Positions 25,478 through 34,880 of a stretch of DNA of 46,905 bases are shown here, in pieces. Below the pieces are notes generated by a model, which ran no database searches, had not been told where the DNA came from, and was given only the letters and a program-made list of their open reading frames with translations. The stretch lies in the IMG/VR virus record IMGVR_UViG_3300017655_000268, positions 1 to 46,905 of that record. The stretch is one strand, 5' to 3'. Numbering within the stretch: position 1 is the stretch's first letter; each line of letters opens with the position of its first letter. The position numbers and the translations under genes were made by a program. This DNA is from a virus. Taxonomy: Duplodnaviria > Caudoviricetes.

Positions 25478-26416
25478 ATGTCAGACGTTACCCTACATCA
25501 AAACTTCGGCCTCGACGAAGAGCAGCTCGAAAAGCTAGAAAAGCTGGCCGCGCTCGGCTATGAGCCCGCCGATATCGCCCGGTACTTCAACCTGCCGGTC
25601 AAACCTTTCGAGCACATCGCCAACGACCCTACATCCCACATAAACTACCGGATTGAGGCCGGGAAATTCAAAGCCCTGGCCAACGAATCGCTCACCATCC
25701 TGTCAAAGGCCGAGCGTGGCGATATCGACGCATCAAAACGCCTGCAAGACATCCGGAAAAACCGTGGCTTCAAAATCAGCAAAACAGACATCTTCGGCAC
25801 CACCGACCGGAAGTCACTCCAAGCCCTCGAAGACTGGATTCAGGGCGGCAGCAAATCAAACCTCCATACCGACGAAAAAATATACCTCGACGCGCTCACC
25901 CTCATAAACTCGATGGACCGCAAATACGGTCGCCGCAACACTGTCGATTTCTTTGTCAAAACATACGGCCTCAAACATGCCCGAGCCTCCGAGATGTACG
26001 ACGAATCCGTCAACCTGTTCTACTCCGACCGAAACGTCGAAAAGAAAGCCCTGCGCATCAAGAAAGCCGAATTTCTCGAAGACCTGGCCCGAGCAGCATT
26101 CGACAATGCCGAATCCGCTAAGGATATCGAAGTAGCGGCCAACATTGAAATGAAAGCCGCCAAACTCCGCGGACTTGACCAGCCTGATCCTGAAAAATTA
26201 CCTGCTGAAGCATTCCGAAAACCCGTCCGCGTATTCTCGCTGGATGCCCCCGATATCGGTTTGCCCGCTCCAAATAGAAACGTGATCGCCAAGCAGATCG
26301 ACGCGCTCGAAATTCCTGAATCCGATAAAGCCCGGATACGAAAGGATGCCCGTTTAGAACCCATCATTTTAGATCAATACCTCGATGAGCTGGAGACCGA
26401 AAGTAAAGAAAAGTAG
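25478..26416 (+). CDS. Probable terminase small subunit
   Basis: N-terminal HTH 'LAALGYEPADIARYFNL'; overlaps the large-subunit start. Confidence 0.6.
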   Translation: MSDVTLHQNFGLDEEQLEKLEKLAALGYEPADIARYFNLPVKPFEHIANDPTSHINYRIEAGKFKALANESLTILSKAERGDIDASKRLQDIRKNRGFKISKTDIFGTTDRKSLQALEDWIQGGSKSNLHTDEKIYLDALTLINSMDRKYGRRNTVDFFVKTYGLKHARASEMYDESVNLFYSDRNVEKKALRIKKAEFLEDLARAAFDNAESAKDIEVAANIEMKAAKLRGLDQPDPEKLPAEAFRKPVRVFSLDAPDIGLPAPNRNVIAKQIDALEIPESDKARIRKDARLEPIILDQYLDELETESKEK

Positions 26417-28136
26417 CCCTAACGTTACCGTCGCATTTGCCAACTGGTTGGCCCAGCTGGCAAATATGGTCATGACCAAAACACTTCTGCTGATCGCGGG
26501 CCGCGGCTCATCCAAAACCACTGAATTTCTGGTCGAACGGCTCATCGAAATGATTTACGACATGCCCGGCGCTCCGATATGCTGGGTGTCCGATACGTAT
26601 TCCAACCTCCAGAAAAACGTCCTACCGATGGTCATGGAAGGCCTCGAACGAAAAGGGTTTAAAGAAGGGTTGCACTACGTCTTAGGTAAGCAACCGCCGG
26701 AATACACCGATGCCGAAAAGGAGGATCTTCCCGCCGATATCAAAACCCACTTCTGGAAGCCATACAACCGGCTGGCCTCATATAAACATACCATGATTTT
26801 CTTTAGTGGCTTAAACATCACCTTTGGCTCGCTAGATCGCCCTGCATCCCTCGCCGGTCGATCATACGTCCACGTTTTTGGCGATGAAGTGAAGTACTTC
26901 GCCGAGCACAAAATAGCCAACCTGTTAAAAGCAGTCAGAGGTTACTTCGTAAAATATGGCAATACCGTCTTTTACCGCGGCCAGACGTTCACAACTGACA
27001 TGCCCAACACGAGCAACATCGGCGAATACGACTGGATCGTGCGCCAAGGGAAACGGATGAATAAAGACGCCATCATGCTCGTTGCCAATACAGCATTGAT
27101 CCTCAATAATGCCCTGCAGGAATACATCGTCGCTGCCGAAAAGCCCAACAACACCGAAGAAACAATTAAGAAGCGCCGTACATACGAGCGTTGGCTAGAA
27201 CGTTGGGAAATTGTGCGCCGTCAAAAGAACGCTGAAACACTATTCTTCATCGCATCATCTTATGTCAACTCCGATATCCTCACACCCGATTGGTTCAGCG
27301 ACGCCTACGAAACCGACCTTGGAGATGCCAATACGGCTATCCTATCCATGAGACCATCCCTCGAATCGGGCGACCGCTTCTACGCTAACATCGGCGAACG
27401 GCATTTCTACACCGACGGGACCGACGCCAAATGGGATGAACGCTTCGGCATCCGGGATAAAGAAGATTGCCGAATCCTTAAATACCTCAATCCGGATCGT
27501 GCCCTCGATGCCGGCATGGACTTCGGCAACATGATGTCCATGACCATTGCCCAGCAAGGCCCCAAACACTACCGGTGCTTAAAATTCATCTACACCCTTT
27601 CGCCCGACTTCATACGCGAGCTGGCCGACGAATTCATCCGCTATTTCAAACCGCACCGGGAAAAAACCATCAACATCTACTACGACCGCGCTGGCAATAA
27701 TTTTTCCGACGCAAAGCAAGACTACGCCAGCCAGCTAAAGGAAGCCATCGAAAAAGACCGCGAAGGCAAGCGCACTGGATGGAAAGCCCTACTCATTTCG
27801 AAAGGTCAAGGGAACATCGGCCAAAACGAAGAATACATCTTCATGCAAGAACTACTGTCAGGCCACAACAAGCGATTGCCCAAAGTGCTCATCGACTTCT
27901 ACAACTGCAAACCACTCAAGGCATCCCTCGAGAACGCCCGGACCGAAAAGAACCGTAAAGGCCAGATAGTCAAAAACAAGAAATCCGAAAAGCTACCAAT
28001 CCACCGGTTACCCCTGGAATCAACCAACCCGTCCGATTCCTTCAAATACCTCATGATGCGCAAAGAATGGCGCAAACTCATCCGGTCCACCGGCGACACC
28101 TACGTCGGCGACGTATCGGTTAGGACAATTGGTTAG
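26385..28136 (+). CDS. terL: Terminase large subunit
   Basis: Walker A 'AGRGSSKTT', Walker B 'HVFGDE', nuclease 'GMDFG' and 'NPSDSFKYL'. Confidence 0.88.
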   Translation: MSWRPKVKKSSPNVTVAFANWLAQLANMVMTKTLLLIAGRGSSKTTEFLVERLIEMIYDMPGAPICWVSDTYSNLQKNVLPMVMEGLERKGFKEGLHYVLGKQPPEYTDAEKEDLPADIKTHFWKPYNRLASYKHTMIFFSGLNITFGSLDRPASLAGRSYVHVFGDEVKYFAEHKIANLLKAVRGYFVKYGNTVFYRGQTFTTDMPNTSNIGEYDWIVRQGKRMNKDAIMLVANTALILNNALQEYIVAAEKPNNTEETIKKRRTYERWLERWEIVRRQKNAETLFFIASSYVNSDILTPDWFSDAYETDLGDANTAILSMRPSLESGDRFYANIGERHFYTDGTDAKWDERFGIRDKEDCRILKYLNPDRALDAGMDFGNMMSMTIAQQGPKHYRCLKFIYTLSPDFIRELADEFIRYFKPHREKTINIYYDRAGNNFSDAKQDYASQLKEAIEKDREGKRTGWKALLISKGQGNIGQNEEYIFMQELLSGHNKRLPKVLIDFYNCKPLKASLENARTEKNRKGQIVKNKKSEKLPIHRLPLESTNPSDSFKYLMMRKEWRKLIRSTGDTYVGDVSVRTIG

Positions 28137-28485
28137 CGTCCATATCAAGGCATAGGTCCAAGCATACAGTGTTAACTATACTGATTCCTTTTTGAAACGG
28201 TTTGTCCCAATTGAATTCACGAAGTGGCCGGAACATAGATCGGGGATAAACCTCTCCCACTTTCAATGAAATCTTATCGGTTTCCGATAAAAGGTGAATA
28301 ATACGCACTTCAGACCCGGTCCAATCTGGGTGATGGCTTTCTAGAATGCCCTTTGCCTTTTGAAACCCGTTGTCTATCCACACCTCAGTGATACGAATTA
28401 CATCACCTTCGAACCCCAGAGCTACCTGGTCAGCAGAAAGTTCTCCCTTGGAAAAGTTTACTGCGTTATTGCTTAATTTTTTCAT
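28120..28485 (-). CDS. Hypothetical moron protein
   Basis: Opposite strand within the late operon; minus-strand GATATTTG box just upstream of the ATG. Confidence 0.55.
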   Translation of the reverse strand: MKKLSNNAVNFSKGELSADQVALGFEGDVIRITEVWIDNGFQKAKGILESHHPDWTGSEVRIIHLLSETDKISLKVGEVYPRSMFRPLREFNWDKPFQKGISIVNTVCLDLCLDMDANQLS

Positions 28486-28620
28486 ACCTCAAATATCGGC
28501 ATTTGCCGGCATCGTATTTTTGCAGGTTCATCAGCACCCGCTTGCCGGAAACAACCCATCACGCTTCGATGCTTGGGTTATAAATTTTAGCTAGTTTTAC
28601 ATACCTTAGTCGGGTAAACA

Positions 28621-29019
28621 TTGATTATGAAGAGCGACCTAATTAATAAAGTCCATAAACTGAACTTCTCTAGGGTAGATAATAACGACGTTACCATAGT
28701 TGAGGGAATCGCCAATGAACACGATAGGGTAATCGTTGGATACTTTATTAACGGTGATTTCTACGAAAAATACGATGGGGTATTGGATAACGAATTAATC
28801 AGGCGAAGAATAAGTGAATTTAGACACGAACGAGATCGTGAAATTAGCGTAAAGAAACTTACAAGGTTTCTGTCTAATGGGGTATCATTTTTCGTATCTA
28901 TATTAGTTTTAATGTTGTTGTGTCCAATTTTGCTGTTATCCATGGTGTTGTCATTAGTGGCTCCGAAACTGCATGAGCGGATTTCAAATTCAGATTTCAT
29001 AAAAAGATTTACTTTTTAA
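28621..29019 (+). CDS. AT-rich moron membrane protein
   Basis: C-terminal hydrophobic segment; TACCTTAG box at 28602-28609; low GC. Confidence 0.6.
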   Translation: MIMKSDLINKVHKLNFSRVDNNDVTIVEGIANEHDRVIVGYFINGDFYEKYDGVLDNELIRRRISEFRHERDREISVKKLTRFLSNGVSFFVSILVLMLLCPILLLSMVLSLVAPKLHERISNSDFIKRFTF

Positions 29020-29060
29020 CTGATTGAAGCTGGCCCAGCATCCAAGTTTCACCTAAACCT

Positions 29061-29095
29061 GTCCTTTCCTAGAGAGGTGTCATCAGATACCTTCG
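29061..29095 (+). promoter_or_regulatory. Putative phage late promoter 3
   Basis: GTCCTTTC-N19-TACCTTCG upstream of the portal operon. Confidence 0.72.
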
Positions 29096-29099
29096 TTGT

Positions 29100-29372
29100 A
29101 TGGAACTCTACGCAGCCATACGCGAAATGCGCCAGTTGACAAAAATTGGCAAACCATTCAGTTTCTCATTCATGAGCTACGACCGTACCCGTCAACGGAC
29201 TGACGGCATCGTAACCGTCAATAGCGCCCGGCTCCGCGCCCGTGGCCACGACCAATACAACCAACACGCCCAGCTGCAGGAAGAATACCTCGATTTGAAC
29301 ACCAACGAACCGCGCCGGTTCTGGCATTGCTGCCTCATGACCTTCAACGGCCAGCGCGTACACATACCATAG
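29100..29372 (+). CDS. Small hypothetical protein preceding the portal
   Basis: 'AIREMR.L...GKPFSFSFMSY', 'LMTFNG'; core codon usage. Confidence 0.7.
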   Translation: MELYAAIREMRQLTKIGKPFSFSFMSYDRTRQRTDGIVTVNSARLRARGHDQYNQHAQLQEEYLDLNTNEPRRFWHCCLMTFNGQRVHIP

Positions 29373-29375
29373 CCC

Positions 29376-30743
29376 ATGAGCAACGTCAAAAAAATATCAA
29401 ACAACTCCGCCGCCATCCACTTGGGTGGCGAAGTCTACACCGTGGCCGCCAATTACCAGGGCAACGACTGGCAGCGCACCGTCCTGTTCGACAACAAGCA
29501 CAACTGGGAGCGCGACCCCACCTACGTCATGGGCAAAAAAATCGTACCCTACGGCACCAACAACGACCTGCCCGTCATCATCCGCAAGGTGATGGATGAA
29601 AACGCCCTGGCACCCGGCATAATCGAGCGCGAAATCGGCCTGCTATTCGGCAACGGCCCCGCATTGTACCGCCTCGAATTCTCCGAAGACGGCACCATCC
29701 AGCGCAAATACCTGCGCGACCTCGAAATAGAAAAGTGGCTCAAAAGCTGGAAATTCCACCGATTCCTCGACATGGCCATGGTCGAATACAAGCACCTCAA
29801 AGGATTCTTTGTCCGCCGGTTCCAGCGCCGTGGATGGCGCATCGGCGAAAAGCGATTCATAAAACAACTGGATGTCATCCCCGCTACCGATGCCCGCTTC
29901 GAATGGCCCGACACGCAGGACCAGCGCCTCGAAGACGTCCGAAACATCTTTGTCGGCGACTTCGAAAACAACTGCCTGCGCACCGGCATTACCACATACC
30001 CCGTCTACGATCACGACGAGCCATGGCGCCACACGGTAGCCCTAAGCTACCACAACAGCTACAGCTTCGCCCGCAATTTCTACAGCATCCCCGGGTATTA
30101 CGGCGCACTCAAATGGATCATGCGGTCCAGCGAAATTCCCGAAATCATCCAGTACCTCACGGAAAACGGCATAGCCGCCGCCTTCCACATCCACAGCCCC
30201 GCGCTGTACTGGGAACGGAAACGCAAGCGACTGGAAGATATCTACGAAGACAAGCCCGCGACTTTCATCGACGAAAAACTCGACGAACTCAAAACAAAAA
30301 TCTTCGACGATATCTCCGCCGCCCTGGCCGGTAAAAAGAACGCCGGCAAATTCATCGAAACCGTCGATTTCTACGACGACGAGCAAAACCTTTGCGAGTG
30401 GAAAATCGAACCGATCGACCAGAAGATAAAAGACTTCATCGAAGCCCAGATCAAGATTGGCGAAAAGGCAGACAGCGCCACCACATCCAGCATGGGTCTC
30501 CATCCGTCGTTATCCAACATCATTCTGCAAGGTCAGTTTTCCAGCGGCTCGCAGCTGCTCTATGCACTCAAAGCATACCTCGCTTCGGACGTCAACATCC
30601 CCGAAGAAGTCATCTTCGAGCCCATCAATCAAGCCATCGAAGTCAACTTCCCGGGTAAGGATTATAAACTCGGGTTCTACCGCGACATTGTCAAAACAGA
30701 AGCCGACACAAAGCCCGAAGATCGCATGCGTAACACCGTTTAA
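29376..30743 (+). CDS. Portal protein
   Basis: 455 aa after terL; 'VPYGTNNDLP', 'FYSIPGY', 'LAGKKNAGK', 'MGLHPSL'. Confidence 0.78.
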   Translation: MSNVKKISNNSAAIHLGGEVYTVAANYQGNDWQRTVLFDNKHNWERDPTYVMGKKIVPYGTNNDLPVIIRKVMDENALAPGIIEREIGLLFGNGPALYRLEFSEDGTIQRKYLRDLEIEKWLKSWKFHRFLDMAMVEYKHLKGFFVRRFQRRGWRIGEKRFIKQLDVIPATDARFEWPDTQDQRLEDVRNIFVGDFENNCLRTGITTYPVYDHDEPWRHTVALSYHNSYSFARNFYSIPGYYGALKWIMRSSEIPEIIQYLTENGIAAAFHIHSPALYWERKRKRLEDIYEDKPATFIDEKLDELKTKIFDDISAALAGKKNAGKFIETVDFYDDEQNLCEWKIEPIDQKIKDFIEAQIKIGEKADSATTSSMGLHPSLSNIILQGQFSSGSQLLYALKAYLASDVNIPEEVIFEPINQAIEVNFPGKDYKLGFYRDIVKTEADTKPEDRMRNTV

Positions 30744-30754
30744 AAGCAATCACC

Positions 30755-31729
30755 ATGATCATATCATCATCCATCGAATTACGTAATCTCACAGGCAGCT
30801 ACTACACCAACAACGACTTTACCAAGGTCGCAACCGATGTCGAACTCGAAACCGAAGCGATCGTCCGTCTTGTTGGCCAAGCAATCTACGACCGTGCGAA
30901 GGCAATCTACACGCCCTCCACTGATGGTAAAGTACCAGGTACCATCGCTAACGATGCAACCGACACAAACAAAGCATTGCTCAAACACCTGCAACTACCG
31001 ATCGCACTGGGCGCCGCTTTCAAATATTACCAAGCTAATCTCGTCAGCCACGACGACACCAGTCGCAAGGTCAAGATCGATAAAGGTAGCGAGTCAATGG
31101 CGTGGCAATGGATGATCGACAAAGATGACGAAGCGCATCTTCGTAAAACCCAGCGAGCCACCGACCGGCTAATCGCGTGGCTCGACAAAACAGACCTCGA
31201 AGAATGGGCCAACAGCGATGAAAAGAAAGCCGCCAAAAAGCTGTTCATCCCCAACACGGCCGCTTTTCAAGAACATTACCCGATCGACTTTTCCGGGCTG
31301 TTCTACCACACCGTACGGCCGTTCATTGCCGACGTACAGCGCAACGCCATCCGTCAGGCCCTCGGCGATGACTACCAGCCATTGCTCAACGACTTCATCG
31401 CCCAAAGTGTGCCGGAAGCCAAAGAACCCCTGCTCAGTCTCACCCAACAGGCCCTTGCTTTGCTCACAATGGCCAAGGCACTCAAACGCCTATCCATCCA
31501 AGTGTTGCCCCGCGGTGTTGTCCAGCAGTTCGAAGCCGAACGCCACACACAGAAAGGCGCTCAAATCCCACCATCAGAAGACCTGCGCAAGTACGCCCTC
31601 TACCTCGAACGCGACGCCGAAGACGCCCTCGACGATATCCGCAAATACCGATATGAAAACCAACCGGAATACAACCCGCAGGACTTAGCTCCACATAACG
31701 ATCCTTGCAAAAAATACGCACGTACATAA
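30755..31729 (+). CDS. Head-tail adaptor-like protein (DUF6712-like)
   Basis: Helical protein with two related halves, directly after the portal. Confidence 0.55.
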   Translation: MIISSSIELRNLTGSYYTNNDFTKVATDVELETEAIVRLVGQAIYDRAKAIYTPSTDGKVPGTIANDATDTNKALLKHLQLPIALGAAFKYYQANLVSHDDTSRKVKIDKGSESMAWQWMIDKDDEAHLRKTQRATDRLIAWLDKTDLEEWANSDEKKAAKKLFIPNTAAFQEHYPIDFSGLFYHTVRPFIADVQRNAIRQALGDDYQPLLNDFIAQSVPEAKEPLLSLTQQALALLTMAKALKRLSIQVLPRGVVQQFEAERHTQKGAQIPPSEDLRKYALYLERDAEDALDDIRKYRYENQPEYNPQDLAPHNDPCKKYART

Positions 31730-32652
31730 TGCACACCCTCGAAATCCCCGAAAAGAATAAAACCATCGCCCTTCCATCGTGCTGGGAAGAATGCACCCGA
31801 GAGCAAAGCGATTACATCTTGCAACGCGCCTTTGAAGTCGTGTCCGGAACGATTGATTTTGCAGCATTCCGCATTTACGTCTTCGCGCACCTCACAGGCT
31901 TCGAAATCACGCCCCAGTACCACGTCACCCGGCGACTAGCCCACGCCCAGCACGAAGAAATCACCGCTACCATCTACCGGCTCGCCGAGCAGCTATGCGC
32001 ATGGCCATTCACCACCGCACCGGCCATAGACGACGAACCGCCACGAATGGAGCTCAACATCGACACCGTGAAAAATATGCTCACCAAAATATCAGCGGGC
32101 GGAAACAGCTTTTACGGTCCCGCCGATCTGTTGGGCGATCTCACCTTCGGAGAATTCCGAGCGGCCGTCCGCGAAATGGACGCCCACATTGCGGCCGCCA
32201 AAGATCCCGACACCGCATCCGAAGCCCTCGACGCGCTCAACCGATTCATGGCCGTGCTATACCGTCCCGGCCAGAACCACCGCCGTTCGGCCTTCGATGC
32301 AACTGAAACCGGCAAATACGCACTGCTCACCCGAGCGATTCCCCTATGGCAAAAACAAACGACACTGTTATGGTTTTCCTACTGCATCAAATACATCCAG
32401 TCCGAAGACATCATCATCGACGGCCAGACCATCAACCTAGCCGTATTATTCCCAAAATCCACCGCCGCTTCCGGCACCGCAAAGAAAGGAATCGGATGGG
32501 CCGGACTGCTCTTTGACGTAGCCAAAGAAGGCATATTCGGCGATGCAGAAAAAACCGACAAAGCCGGGCTCTTCGATATCCTGATCTACTTGTACAAAAA
32601 CCACCTCGACAATAAAGAGATGGAACGTAAATTTAAAAACCGCAAAAAATGA
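31729..32652 (+). CDS. Morphogenesis protein (tail-assembly-chaperone-like)
   Basis: 'LPSCWEECT', 'LTFGEF', 'AVLYRP', 'LFDILIYL'; located in the tail module. Confidence 0.5.
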   Translation: MHTLEIPEKNKTIALPSCWEECTREQSDYILQRAFEVVSGTIDFAAFRIYVFAHLTGFEITPQYHVTRRLAHAQHEEITATIYRLAEQLCAWPFTTAPAIDDEPPRMELNIDTVKNMLTKISAGGNSFYGPADLLGDLTFGEFRAAVREMDAHIAAAKDPDTASEALDALNRFMAVLYRPGQNHRRSAFDATETGKYALLTRAIPLWQKQTTLLWFSYCIKYIQSEDIIIDGQTINLAVLFPKSTAASGTAKKGIGWAGLLFDVAKEGIFGDAEKTDKAGLFDILIYLYKNHLDNKEMERKFKNRKK

Positions 32653-33086
32653 CGATCACCGAACTAAACGACAGCTTCACCGACATCGTGACCCACTTGA
32701 AAACCGAGGGCCACGACGTACAAGGCCATCTCGTTGTCGCCCACGATGGCCATGCCACCATCCAGCTCAAAGACAAGCAAGGCATCTGGCTGGTCGTCGT
32801 GATGCCCAGCACCACTTACAGCGGCCAACCCGATTCCTACCAGCCCCACGACACCATGATGTTATTCGTGCTCGAAAAAGACATCGACGACCAGGCCCGC
32901 GCCAGTGAGCTGCAACAATACCAGCGTCTGCAGGACGTACTTGCCGCCATCATCGACTACATTGGTGAACAGCAAGCCGAGGGATGCTCACCCTGGAACG
33001 ACTTCGACCCGTCATCCATAGAAATAGACCCCGAATACCGCGAGTTTGGCGGCTTCAACGGCTGGTCTATGACATTGAGCTACTAA
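32649..33086 (+). CDS. Tail terminator / completion-like protein
   Basis: 145-aa acidic alpha/beta protein ending 'IDPEY..FGGFNGWSMTL'. Confidence 0.5.
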   Translation: MTITELNDSFTDIVTHLKTEGHDVQGHLVVAHDGHATIQLKDKQGIWLVVVMPSTTYSGQPDSYQPHDTMMLFVLEKDIDDQARASELQQYQRLQDVLAAIIDYIGEQQAEGCSPWNDFDPSSIEIDPEYREFGGFNGWSMTLSY

Positions 33087-33102
33087 TGCTTATATTTGTA
33101 GT

Positions 33103-33807
33103 ATGAAGAATATATCAACCTTACTAACCACTTTATTTATCTCAAGTGTTTCGCTTGTTATTTGTATCAACTTTTGGTGGGTTAATTATCCAGAAATATT
33201 GGAGTATGGGCATAAAATTGGACAAATATCGACCGACTTCTTACTTGCATATTGTTCGGCTTACATTTTCTACTATTTAATAACAATTCGGCATAACAAT
33301 TCGTGGAAAAATAATGTGGGGGGATCATTAAGGCAGATGACTGATAGTATGCTTGCGAATGGAATAATGATCCGACACTACTTCACTGAGGCTATGAATA
33401 TTAAGGATATATCGGATTTCGAAGGGTGGTGCGCAGAACTTGGAAAAAACAGAAAAAAAATAAATTTTTCGAAGTTATCCGATTCGTATGATACAGAGGA
33501 AAAACGAATATTACATTATTCTGATTTAATGCTCCAGTGTGGTGAACGGCTTGATAAGTTAACAGAAAGCATCATTTATTTTCACAATTATTTGGACCCT
33601 GTGTTTTTAGGTAACTTGCTGAAAATAAGAAATAGTGATTTTAGACATATTATTAAGAATCGAGCACCAATTACAATACAGAATATCGAAATGCCATATT
33701 CTGACATGTTAACTGAGAACGAAGTCAAGAAGGTAGTCCAATATTTGACTTTAATAAAAATAGTAGGTGAACATGGAAAACGAACATTCAAAAAAAGTAA
33801 GCAATAA
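33103..33807 (+). CDS. AT-rich two-TM moron protein
   Basis: Two N-terminal hydrophobic helices; TATATTTG -7 box at 33091-33098; low GC. Confidence 0.7.
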   Translation: MKNISTLLTTLFISSVSLVICINFWWVNYPEILEYGHKIGQISTDFLLAYCSAYIFYYLITIRHNNSWKNNVGGSLRQMTDSMLANGIMIRHYFTEAMNIKDISDFEGWCAELGKNRKKINFSKLSDSYDTEEKRILHYSDLMLQCGERLDKLTESIIYFHNYLDPVFLGNLLKIRNSDFRHIIKNRAPITIQNIEMPYSDMLTENEVKKVVQYLTLIKIVGEHGKRTFKKSKQ

Positions 33808-34118
33808 TGAAACTACTCCGCAAATCCCGCTCACCAAAGGCAAAACCATCAACAGTGGGCAACTGGACCAAGCTGATGCTATTGGTCGACGACATGAAAA
33901 AGAAGGGCATGCTCCGCACCACTGACCAAGGCGCGTTCTATCTATTCCGCGAGTTAATCATCGGGCCTACCCCCGAAAACATCATCAAAAACCTATATAC
34001 ATACGCCCGAACCACCGCTCTTGTGAAAAAGGGACAACCGCTCTATATCCGTGATATAGAAGACAATTCCCTTATCGGCCAGTACGACGTTAAAAACGGT
34101 TACGTAGCAGTGTCCTGA
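33807..34118 (+). CDS. Hypothetical protein
   Basis: TAATG-coupled 103-aa ORF followed by a terminator. Confidence 0.6.
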   Translation: MKLLRKSRSPKAKPSTVGNWTKLMLLVDDMKKKGMLRTTDQGAFYLFRELIIGPTPENIIKNLYTYARTTALVKKGQPLYIRDIEDNSLIGQYDVKNGYVAVS

Positions 34119-34141
34119 ATTTCACGTCCAACCCATAGAAT

Positions 34142-34165
34142 AAGCCCGACATCCGGGCTTTTTTT
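34142..34165 (+). terminator. Intrinsic terminator
   Basis: AAGCCCG-acatc-CGGGCTT followed by a T-run. Confidence 0.75.
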
Positions 34166-34429
34166 GTGGCCATCCCCGTAAAAACACCTCAAAAAAGGCC
34201 GAAAACCGCCACAAAAACCTCGAAATAGGGCCTTATTTGTCCTGTTGTTTTTCGCTAAATTTTTGATTTTCAAATCTTAACAGGAGCTGACCAGAAATCA
34301 CTTTCGCGCTCACAAACTCGATAGCCCGGCCCGCCCTGCCTTTTAGTTGCAATTGCAATCCGGTCGCATTTGGTGATATATGACTAAAAAAAATAGCATC
34401 TATACCACCCCCCATGCGCCGGTAGGCGT

Positions 34430-34464
34430 GTCCTTTCCACCCCCAGCACCCCACAATACCTTAG
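34430..34464 (+). promoter_or_regulatory. Putative phage late promoter 4
   Basis: GTCCTTTC-N19-TACCTTAG upstream of the tape-measure operon. Confidence 0.72.
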
Positions 34465-34481
34465 CTTGAAACATTCAGGCT

Positions 34482-34880
34482 ATGTCCATAATCGAAAGGA
34501 AGTTCATCCAACACGTGCTCAAAGAAGAGGGTGCGCGCTTCTTGCGTAACCAGGGCCGTGAAATACGCAAGCAACTGGTCTTCCACACAAAACGACTGAT
34601 CAACGAGAGAACATTCCAAGTCAACGAGAATGGCGGGATGTCGGCCACATTGGAAATCACTCACCCCAGTTATCAACGGTTTCTGGATATCCGTCGTGAT
34701 ACGGTTCGTAAACGCAAGGGTGCGGGCCGACGGAAAAGCCGGAAGGGTTACCGCATCCACAACCGATTCGTAATGGGTCATTATTATGCCATCGCTTTCC
34801 GTGTGCAAAATGATTTGACAGACGAAGTGCGGCTGAACATCAAACGGCAATGGCTGAAAGGAGGGGCTGGTAATGGCTAA
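34482..34880 (+). CDS. Basic neck/tail-completion-like protein
   Basis: Arg/Lys-rich, 'YQRFLDI', 'IHNRFVMG'; overlaps the tape-measure start. Confidence 0.55.
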   Translation: MSIIERKFIQHVLKEEGARFLRNQGREIRKQLVFHTKRLINERTFQVNENGGMSATLEITHPSYQRFLDIRRDTVRKRKGAGRRKSRKGYRIHNRFVMGHYYAIAFRVQNDLTDEVRLNIKRQWLKGGAGNG

